Origin: Eledone cirrhosa
Taxonomy: Eukaryota
Assembly (NCBI GenBank): GCA_964016885.1
Contig: OZ024747.1
Span: 23,808,001-23,872,000 of the forward strand
Direction of reading: 5' to 3'
Length of the DNA: 64,000 bases
A program made the translations under genes and the position numbers. Of the stretch, positions 11,518 through 22,800 are shown piece after piece. The stretch's first letter is position 1. The number at the start of each line of letters is the position of its first letter. The notes under the pieces are model-generated. The model did not search any database. It was not told the origin of the DNA and saw only the letters and a program-made list of their open reading frames with translations.

Positions 11518-12650
11518 TTTTTTTTTTTCAAATAAATTTTATTCATAGTTGTATAAATAACATTACAAATCGTTTGCAATTCTTTCAGAATGAAAATATA
11601 AACAGAGCATATAAATAAATTTACAGTAGACTAACATAACAAATATGTTTAAATATATACATATGTTTTAAATAACATTACAAATGCTTAGACAACATTA
11701 TAAATTGCTCGCGATTCAGAAAGATATATTCTTTTAATGTTACAATATTAAAGAAAATGTAAAGGAAGAGGTGAACAACGGAGCCAACACCAGAGCAAAA
11801 GACAGCAGCGTCGCGAACAGTACTGGGCAACCTCTCTAATGATTTTTGAGGCAAGCCAGCACACTTGCAGCGTTGTCTCGGGTGATGGCGAGGCTGATGC
11901 GTTGAAACAGCCAAGCGCCCTCGCGAGATTCGCCAGTTACCTCTATTAGGCGAGCCGCCAGTGAAGAGAGGAACCTCGCAGTCAGCGGCCCGACTCCCCC
12001 AAACGTCTCGAAAGCCACAGGCTAAAAAATGTAGCTGGCCGACAGATCAGAGTATTTGAGGGTGTTACTCCGCTCGGCTGCGGAAGCTGTGGCTCTCGTC
12101 CTAACCGCAGCACTCAGGATGTGGGAAAGAGCAAAAGAGTCACTGACAGTGACGCCCCAGACAAGGCACCTGCCTCTCGACCGGGGGCACAGGGTAAGGC
12201 CGTCACTTCTGGACAACCCAGATGGTTCCAAGACTGAGGGGATATTCGCCCGGGCCAAAGCTCTCTTCAGCATAAGGTTTAGCTCCGTGTAATGCGCGAA
12301 GCGGCCGGCATTCAGGTGGCAAGAAAGACTGTGGAGTCGAGGAGTTTGACGTATCGGCACTTCAAACCCATGCAGACGTCAGCTCCCACTCTGAGGGCGA
12401 TGGAGACACGAAGTTCGTCCAGGCTGAGAAGGCCACCAATGTTGGCCACGGGTAGGGTATCAACCCAGTCGCCTGAGTATTTCGCGCTGGCAGATAGTAA
12501 GCGGCACCTTGCAAACTGATCTGACTGGACGAAGAGGGAGTCGAAGGTGGCCTTCGAACTTATGCTGTCCCAAGTTCTCTGACTTCGACTGTCCTCCACC
12601 TTCCCAGGAAGAGACAAGCCCAACTCACTCTATTGCTGGAGAAACGTAAC
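11518..12650 (-). mobile_element. 5'-truncated CRE-clade non-LTR retrotransposon (restriction-like endonuclease end)
   Basis: SQRTWD..ARCRLLSASAKYSGDWVDTLP..LRVSIALRVG; IPSVLEPSGL..DGLTL..LVWGVTV..KY..VAFETFG..LFQRISLAI..NAASV; AATAAA at 11543-11538 and A11 tail at 11528-11518. Confidence 0.85.
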
Positions 12651-13049
12651 TTGTCAGAGTTACACATTTGGAACGCACAAGTTTACCAACTAAATTCGAA
12701 CTGTCTATTTTATATTTATTTTCGATAGTAATTACTAAATCACAGTTTGCAGTTTTAAATTTACCGAAATTGCCACTTAAAATATTTGACAAGCATGTTC
12801 ATGACACACAGATATAGAAAACAAGTTTTCGATTCCCAAGTGATGCCAATTCCACACTAGCTATTTCTGAAATGTACAAATAAAGTCTCTAGCCCAAGGA
12901 AGTAATTTTCAGTATTTAAAACAATATATATATTGAAAAAAAAAATCTACAATGCAAAACTGCGGTGTTGAAGAATTCAATTCAGAGAAGTTCGGATATT
13001 TCCGTTAAGAGACGCCACAACTGCCTCGTTCTGGTACAACGCCGGCTAC

Positions 13050-13055
13050 CACGTG
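13050..13055 (+). promoter_or_regulatory. Candidate Myc-type E-box (CACGTG) just upstream of the eIF4E ATG
   Basis: ccacgtga 30-35 nt before the ATG in a CpG-containing stretch; eIF4E is a known Myc target in mammals. Confidence 0.4.
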
Positions 13056-13084
13056 ACATTGAAGAAATTATCTTTACAATTATC

Positions 13085-13114
13085 ATGGCTTCCGAACAAG
13101 TCGAAGACCGAGAG
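13085..13114 (+). CDS. EIF4E: eIF4E exon 1 (MASEQVEDRE)
   Basis: atcATGG start, donor GAG|gtaatg, phase 0 matches exon 2; assignment across a 15.5-kb intron is inferred. Confidence 0.75.
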
Positions 13115-16100
13115 GTAATGCAATTTTCTTCGATATATATATATAATGTTGTATATATTTATTTGTATATACACATATTATCCTTCCCTGTTTGTTATCA
13201 CAGATAATGCGGCCATCTCAGATCTATTTCTAGTCTTTTTACGCCGTCTTTCAGTATTGTGATCCTACTACTGATTTCCTTTATACTACATTTATTGCCT
13301 CTCACCATCACTATCTTCTCTTTTGTCTCTTTACCCCCACACACTATATATATATGTGTGTATAAAACCACATACGTGTACATTTGTTTTTTATATTTAT
13401 TATATATATATGTATGTGTTTATGTAATATACTAACTACATTGACATACGTTACAACGTTATATCACGCATTAGAAATTGTTTCATCGGTTATCGACGCC
13501 AGAAGCCGTTTTCACCGGTCACACAAAAATTCTAAATATTTCTCACACTATATGTGTGTATATAATCCGTCGTCTTGTGAGATATATCTCTCATACATAC
13601 AAACATAAGCACACGTGTGTGCTCATATATATATATATATTTATATAATAGCATGGTTGTTTAAAATGCTGTAGTACAAAACATTTAAACGTTAACTGAA
13701 TTAACACTCAATACTTGAAAGAATAAAATTGTATTTTCTGGTTAGAAAAGTAACAGACTTCGAAGGTTTAGCTTAGTCGGTTGATATGTATACATTTAAA
13801 ATTATATATATATATGACTAAGCGATAAAATATATTTATATATGTATGTGTGCGTTAAACAGCCGTATTAAAACGGATGTAAAGAATTCCAGAAGGATGT
13901 CTAAAATTTAAAATTTTAGTCCTAAGATTACTGTTACTTCTTTGAGTGTCGCAACTATCCTGTCTCTTTAGATTATGTATATATATAGTTTCTAACATTG
14001 TAAAATTTAACAGTCGATAAGAGATCCCACCTCTTACCTAACGCCGTGAAACGTGTTCAAATGAAATTTTACTTCGCTGTCTCCCGTTCTTTAGTGTTAA
14101 ACTTGAATTCACTTTCTAAACCACCATGAACAACGTTATATATAGACATCTACATATATGTATGTCTCAATCGAACTATCAATTATATATAACAAATACG
14201 CGTGTGTATGCTCATTAAATCTTTGTCACTCCTGAAGTCGATCCAATAAGGTATCGGTCAAGTACTGGGGTTGATATAAACGATTTATCCTCTCCACCAA
14301 TCGCTGTCCTTGTGCCTCATTTAGAAACCAATATTATCTTTACATGACCGATTCTTTAGGCTATTTTTGTCGTTTGACCACTACCAGCACTATTTTTCAA
14401 ATAAATGTGAAGAAAACTTCATTATTGTTGTACTTTGTTCACTCCAAAAATAGTGCCTGGCGCAGCTTTTGTATGTCTAATGCCGTCTCATCTGTGATTG
14501 TAATTGTATATATATATATGTTTATTGGTTTAATGAGATCAAGAGGATTCAATAGTAGTTAACCACTAGAGACGGGGAAAAAAGTGGACAGACGGCTGCA
14601 GGAATCGAACTAGTATATGTTGTGTAATGTGTGTGTGTATATATATATAAATAAATATTTATTGAAGTTTTAGAGCAAAGAAACTGCTTTTTTACCTTTA
14701 TATGGGCTATCGTTATGAAAAAAAAAAAAAGCATTGACTTAATTTGTTTGCTTATATATATATATATATAAAAAAGAGAAAGCATTGGTTTAATTTGTTT
14801 GCTATATATATATATATATATATATATATAGCAAACAAATTAAACCAATGCTTTCTCTTTTTTTTCATAACGATAGCCCATATAAAGGTAAAAGCAGTTT
14901 CTTTGCTCTAAAACTTCAATAAATACTTATCTGTATTCGCATTATATATATATATACATATACACAACAGATGCTAGTTCGATTCCCGCAGTCACCTGTC
15001 CACTTTTTCCTCTAGTGGTTATATATATATATATAGCAAAGTTGTTATCCAGGGTGTATCGGCAATGGTTTATGTAAAATATGGTGTAATGTCAGAATGT
15101 GGCCATCGGATAATCGTTATCGATCAATCCTTTCATTCACATACACATGTGTATATAAATGTCTCGTGGTGTTTCTTTGTTAATATATATTAGGTTAGCA
15201 GTTTTTTAGGTAGTAGTTTTTTTAATTTTTTTATAACGTTGTTTAAAATTTGCGACCATGTTTTCTAGAGCCTCTTAATATTCATTTAGTATATTATGTG
15301 TATGTGTGTGCGCGCGCATATGTATTTGTAGATTTTTCTATATCTTTTGTAAAACACTTGGGATGATAATTTTGTTTTGGGGTAGATTTATGTGTAAAAG
15401 GTGAAAAAATGTGGCGGTTTGACAACCACACGTTTAGGTTTGCTACCATTTTACGCTCTCTACCTCTCACTGCCACCAAACCATTTAGTTTTCCTTTTAT
15501 ACCATCTCGAAACTCTACAAAACATTTTTGCCATTCGTTCATAACAGCACCACAACCTCTTCTTTTTTTTAATTTTAATTCCTGCTTTCAGTTTACCATT
15601 AAGCGTTTTAAAATATCTCTAAAGCTAATCCATTTTTTAGTTTTGATTGCAACATTTACTGTCTTCCCACCATATTTTACATAGTCATACCTCAGTCTGT
15701 CTGTCTCTTCCTCTCTCTTCTACTTGTGAAACGTCTCCTTTTCTGATAGTTTTCCTTTCTGCTCAGTCGCTCACAACTCATCTATAATAAGAATTACAAT
15801 TTAAAATGTCTTTCTTTCACTTTGTCAGTCCCGGCTTTATTCTCATGAATGTTTGTCATTTTCATTGAACTACTGAAACGGCATTTCTCTCTCATACTCA
15901 TTTTAACCAAGGAGCATGGTTTATTAATTTGGCAAATATAGATGCATGCGTTTGTGTGTGTGTGTATATATAAATATATAATCCGTGTATGTACTTAGTG
16001 GGTTTTTAAATAAGTGTACATCGAACGTTCCAACATTAATTGAATGGGTACTCAATATATGACTAGTTTATAAGATTAATTTTCGAAGGAAATGTCAGTG

Positions 16101-16860
16101 ACTCCGAAGTTTCGGCGTCGATGAACCGTCTACTGTCAGAAGAGGCAACAACGCTTTGTTGCTATTGAATTAGACATAGTGTTATAGGAATGTTGTATTT
16201 GAAACCTTCAAATAACCCTTTGTCATCCTACTGCCATATTTACTGCATTAATAATACAAGGAAGGACACTTATTAGATAATTTAGTCCTAGAAAAGACGG
16301 ACGATATGGTCACCGATGGAGCGTTTTTCATCTTAACTCGATCAAGACTGACTCTCGGGTAAATAAAAACGTTTTTTTTTTCTTTTACCCGGAGCAAAAT
16401 AACTTTTGTCTTTTTTTTTTATTTGATCATCTCATACAAATATGGAATGTGAAATATTTTAGGACATAAGGTTGTGGCGTTCATGTTTTTTTCGAAGCTA
16501 ATATTAGTGACTGAGGACGCAAGCACGGCTGAACGGTTAAGAAGTTCGCTTAGCAATTTTTAGGTACTAGGCTAGATCCCACTGCGTGATATTTGGAAAA
16601 ATGTCATTTACCATAACCTCGGGTCGACGCAAGCCTTGTGAGTGAAATTTCTTAGACGGAAACTGTTGAAGCCCGTTCGGATGGATTGTATTTCTAATTC
16701 AATGTCACATATTGTGTCACGCTGATCGGCAGGGGAATTACGTTAGGAATACACATGTTGGTGGCATACTCAAACCACTTTCACGTTAATTCTATTAACT
16801 TAATGTTGGACTGGCGATCATAAGGTCGTGGGCTCCATTCTTGGACCAGGTGGCGCATAG

Positions 16861-16891
<31 letters not shown>

Positions 16892-19800
16892 CTAGACGCT
16901 TGCTTTCACAACTGGGACCCCATCATTATAACGCCCAAGACATCTCTGGTATGTAACCTCGTAGGAGGCTAGCTAAACCTACATATGTGTAAGCTGTAAA
17001 TGTCATTTTCATTCAGTTCACGGGTCGGATTGAATGATCGAGGAAACCGACGGAGAATCCACCACTTGTGACTGCAACGGCATATATGACTAGCATTTGA
17101 AACCGGCTCGTGTATCTTACTAGCTAACCACTATTTTTATCTTTTCATATATTGCCATCTTGTATTCTAAATGAACCTTTAACGTAGACGTAAAACGCAC
17201 ACGTGGACGAGAATTAAGAAGTATTAAAAACAGATTTGACAAGTTGCAATATTGTATAAAATTTCGTGTGTACGTATTATATGTATGTACTGAAGTGAGT
17301 GTTTTTTTATTTTTTTATACCCGTGTACGTTAAAACGTTTAAATATTAACTGAATGTGTACTCAATATATGTGAGAGAAGTGTAAGATTTGTTTTTCTGA
17401 AAAAACAACAACACAAAACAACACAAAACAAAACAAAACAAACAAAAAACAGACTTAGAAGTTTTGCCGTTGGTGTTCCTTACTAATTGTCAGAGGCACT
17501 CGTTGAAAATTCCAAGCTACTACCACCTTTATTGAAGAAAAAGGTGGTAGTAGCTTGGAATTTTCAATTAGTAAGGGGCACCAACGGCAAAACTTCTGTC
17601 ACTGTTTTCTTCAGATACGTGTGTGTTTATTTTAAGTTTAATGAGCTGAAATAGTATTATGTGCTGACTGTTGCGGTATTTTTGATTTTAAAACAATGTA
17701 GTTTTGTAATTAACAAAATTAATTAGTGTATTTTGTTTTTCGTTCAATGTATGTTTTGAACTACTGGCAGTGTGTCGTACTGCCTTTGCGTATAAGTGTC
17801 CTGCTGTCTTTAGTGTGTGTGTATGTATGTATATTTGATGTAGTGTCTTTGGTGTTACACTGTGTGTATGGTGTATGGGTGTATGTCATACTGTATGTAT
17901 ACGAGGTAAAAAAAACAACAATCAATTGTATTGCTAACCAGCTGTTTATAAACAGGTTATTTAGCTGAGAACAGTGGTTAATTTAATTCTGAGTATAAAT
18001 AGAAAATAAATACTTATATTTAGTGTTGTGACCTTCAGCTCTTCATGTCCAAAAAAAAAAAAAAAAAAAGTACTAATTACTAATCACAAGTGGATTAATA
18101 TTTTCAACATACTTTCTCTTTCCTCTTACAGTGGAGTGTAACAACTAATCTTCAATTTCTTTCGTTCTCTCTCTTTACACCTCTGTCAGACACCATACTT
18201 GTGTACATATTGCCAAAATATAATTTCCAGACAAATTTTTGACATTTTTCCAGTAAATTCTGTCATTTTAGAAGCAAAACTATTTAGTTGGTTAAATTGT
18301 TGAAATCCTTCATTATATATATATATATATTTACATTTACAAACAAGGGTAAAAGTTCAGCTAAAGAGTTATGCCAACAAAATTTCAATGTGGTTCTACA
18401 ATCAGCTTAAAAAAAACAAAACAAAAAAACAACGAATCCATTCACCATACTGTATATGGAATTAAGCTTTGAAGTAAACAAATTCGACATGTATAAATGT
18501 AGATGCACAGAACACTTAAATAATGGGTAGAAAACCAAGGTGAAGAATTTTACTCATTTTATTTGTCTTACACGTTTCAATAAGAGATGCAAAAAAGGAA
18601 ATGGTGAAAAAGATTCTGAGCATTGATCAAATTTCAGTCAAATCCTAATTTCAGTCAATCCTGTTTCTTAAGAGATTTCATAAAACAGAAAAATAAAGGA
18701 AAATAAAGCAATTTCAAATAGCCATTATAATCAGATATTAGATTTAAATGATGATATATTTTAACCAAGTGTGAGATTTAGAGAAAGATATGCACAATGC
18801 TATATAATAGAATAACAAACTTATGTAGGATATTAAATCAATGAATTACAAGTAAATATTAGAGACTATATATAGAGAAATAATAAAATATATACTTTAA
18901 GGCTAGGGTTGAAAGGATTTGCTAATATATATACAACAAAGAGCATTTATTTATAAACAATGTGAGATATTACCAGTCATTATATACTGTAGATAGATAT
19001 TTGTTTTTAGAATTAATGTTAAAGTTATAGTTTAATGACAGTTGATTTATGAGAGAATTAGATCTTTTTATGTTATTGAAGTTTTAGAAAAATTTCTATT
19101 AAGACAAATTATATATATATACTTAGGGATAAGTTTTTACGCCTGTTTTTCCATGCTTGCATGGGTTGGATAGGTCCTTCTCAGTATAGCATCTTTCCAT
19201 GTGCCACGTTCCTTCATCTTCTCTGATTTAAGGTCAACTCTGATCCTCTTAATTTTAATTGCCCCTGTCCATTTATTGCATACAAGTGTTCCTTTCTTGT
19301 TAGTCAACCTGCTATCCCACTATATTTCTTGTTTACCCAAGATTTGTATTGTGTACTTATAAAGTTTCTGCATATGGGATCAGAACACTATCTTCTTTCC
19401 TACTTATTGATCCTTCGGTTTTTGCTGTTTACTTTCCGTTCTGTTTCCACAGTTGAATTTTATTTTCTAGTTCTATGGATTCAACTATAAAAACCAGATC
19501 ATCAGCATAAAGAAGTTACCATGGATAGCCAATCTTAAACTCCTGTTATAACCTAGAGAACTATAATGAACAGAAGTGGGTTGAGGACCAAACCCTGATT
19601 CACTCCTATCTGTTCCTTAAATTTCTTACTAAACACCTTTTCTACTCTCACTTTAATGACAGCTTCTCTGTACATGGCTTGCACTGCTCTCACAAGCCAT
19701 TGTTCTACACGTTTCCTTAAGGATTACCAGATGACAGATTGAGGTATTCCGTCAAAGACCTCTACATCAACTAAAGCTAAATATAGAGGCTTTTTCTTTA

Positions 19801-22800
19801 GCTAGGAACTTGTAGAAAGAAGGCATCTGTAGGACTTCTCCCTGACAAAATCTCGTCTAATTTGACTTTCTCTAATTAGTTATACTAGATCTCTTTCTAT
19901 CACCTTCATAACTTAGTCCATTAGTTTTATTCCTCTAGTTGCTCATGTTCATGAAAAATTTCAAGTTTAACTATACTTTCGTTTCATTCAATGTTTTATT
20001 TCATATTCCTACAGTTTTTCTACTTTTGAGATGGATGTAATGACCTGTGCAATGCCAGGTAACTCAGCTAGTATTATATATGTGTGTATATATATATCAT
20101 CATCATCTCATTATCATCTTCGTTTAACGTCCATTTTCCACGCTAGCATGGGTTAGACGGGAGTTGTCCCACTTGAGGCAAGGTTGGTCGGGTGACCGTG
20201 TCTCACTCATATAGGACTATCTGGCGGGTTTTCTACAGCTGGATGCCCTTCCTAACACCAACCACATTTACAGTGTGGAACTGGGAACTTTTTACCATGT
20301 TACCTACACGGCCACATTACGGCGTGGACTGTGTTTTTTTTTCTCGTGACACCTACACGATCTCATTATCTCATTTATTTGGACTGGATGTTGTGGTACC
20401 AACTTTAGAGAGGGTGGTGTTGGTGGGAGTGGGAGGAAGGGGTAGGGGTAATGGATTGGGGTGTATATTTGGTTAAGAGGTGCCTACTGACTGTAGGTTT
20501 CGCTTTGTACATAGCAAGGCGGGTCTTCTGTATTACTGCGTAGCGCCAAAGATCTCGGTCCAGTGACATTGTTTTAGAGAGGTGCAAGTGTGTAAGGTCG
20601 GAATTTATCAGATCGTCCCAGGTTTTTCTGGGTCTACCTACTCCGTAACTACCATCAATTTTGATCGCATATAAACAAATTTCTCATAAACCTGGTGTTT
20701 GGAACAACAAATGGAAGGTTTTCAGATAAATATAGGCACTTCAAAATAAACAATTTTGTAATTATGCTGTCAACATTAGGGTCAGTTTGGTACCTCAAAA
20801 GTGTTAAATATCATTTTATGTCCCTTTTTTTTCATGCTAGCATGAGTGGGTGCGGGTCATACAAACGGCAAAATAGAGAAGCTTGCCATGGAGCCATTAT
20901 ATGCTTTAGCATGGTGAATGTCTTTAAAATACTTGTTTTGAATGCAATTTTTAAGAAGTTTGTGAATGAGTTTGGTAGACAAACTGATTGATTGATTGGT
21001 GTGTGTGTGTGTGTATGTATGACAAAAGAATGAGGCAAGTGGAAAGATGCTGTGCTGAAAAGGACCTGTCCTACCTATGCAAGCATGGAAGAATGGATGT
21101 AAAAACAATTATGATGACACAATACAACAGACCTCCCTTCGGTACAAGCACTGAAGGTAAAGTGAGAGATTGGAGACAAAGTAGGATTTATGAAGACCCT
21201 TCTACCTGGCCTAGCATGCTAGGCCAGATAGAGGGGTCTCTAATGCTCGTGCCATCGAAGCATGCCAGATTCATTTCTTTCCAAACTTTTGCAGGTCCTC
21301 TCTACACAGCACCCAGATCTCACTACTGTGTAATATTTCTGTTCGTATACACTCATCATACAACCTGCCCTTCATTTTGAGCGGAAAACCTTTTGTAGCT
21401 AACAGCAGTAGTAGCTCCCTGAACTTTTTCCATCCCATTTTCACTCTTGCTACCATACTTTCGGCATACCCACCTCGTAGCAGAATCTGTCAGCAGCTTC
21501 TATGGAACCTTCAAAGTATTTGATAGCACTTGTTTCCTGTGAGTGTTTAACTTACTGCTCCAGTGTAATGGCCACTAGTAAAACCTACATTCTTAGCTAA
21601 ACTGAGATCCCACTACATCTCTTGTGTACCCATAGCTTCCATTTGAGACAGAAGATGGAATTTCTACTCACTCCTTTTTTACACATTGGGCATTTCACAG
21701 AAGGGCTCAGGGCCTTATTTTCCTTACTACTTACTAGAACTTTGGTCTTTGCCAAGTTGACTTGAAGACCTTTTGATTCCAGGTTATGCTTCCAGGTCAG
21801 GAATTTTTTCTCTAGTTTTCAGATTCAGCTATAAGAGTTAGATCAGCAGCATATAAGAGTTCCTAAGGGCATCCTGTTTTGAACTCTTCTGTTAGAGTCT
21901 GGAGGACAATAATAAACAGGAGAGGGCTGAAGGCAGAACCTTGGTGGACCCCAACTTGCACACTAAATTTCTCGCTATACTCATTATTTGCTTTAACCTT
22001 ACTGACTGCTCCTCTGTACATGGCTTGAACTATCTTCATTAGCTACTCTTCTACACCTAGTTTCAGATTACAGAACAGGAAACCATGTCAAAAAAAAAGC
22101 TTTTGCTAGATCGACAAATGCTAAGTAGAGGGGTTTGCTTTTAGCTTAGTATGTCTCCTACAGTTACCTCACAAGGAAGAAGGCATCTGTGGTACTTTTT
22201 CCTAGCACAAATCTGAACTGCATCTCATCTAGGTTAATTCGATCTCTAATTAGTTGTACGACTCCTCTTTCTATAACCTTCATGACCTGATCTATCAGTT
22301 TAATACTCCTGTCTAGTGCATCACCTCTACCCTTGTAGCAGTTGATGATGATGATGCTGCTACGCCACTCATTGGGTAGAGCACCATTTTGTATTACTTG
22401 ATTAAGAATATAGGTGGTTATGGTGTGTCCTACCATCCCAGATGCTTTCAGCATCTCGGCAACTATTCCCGATGGCCGTGATGCTTTGCCTGTTTTCATG
22501 TTTTTAATTGCATTAATTACTACACTGCTACTAACTTGTACTGCTGGTACCTCTGTAGGGTCCACATTTGGAAAGCTATCTTCTTCCCACACAATTTCCT
22601 AATTCATCAGTCTCTTGTAATGACACTTCCATACTTCCTTCTTTTCGTTTTCAGTGAGGGCAAGTGCACCATTCTCATCGAGAAAACCTCTCTCCCACAT
22701 CACTATTTTCCCCGATACACTGCCTTGTGGTCTGGGACTCTTCATGCTTTTGGTCATCACACCACATAACATACCTAATTTTTTACTTTCTACTTCCCTC

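Noticed and set aside
12620-12632. Minus-strand donor (gtgagt) as first exon of a bidirectional partner gene
   Set aside because: It lies within CRE coding homology (FLQQ*SELGLSLP).
12965-13207. 80-aa ORF as an extended eIF4E N-terminus
   Set aside because: Starts at a non-ATG codon and reads through the donor; only MASEQVEDRE is credible.
17541-17562. let-7-like sequence (ggtagtagcttg)
   Set aside because: Seed differs from GAGGUAG, it lies on the 3' arm, and the stem is too perfect for let-7.
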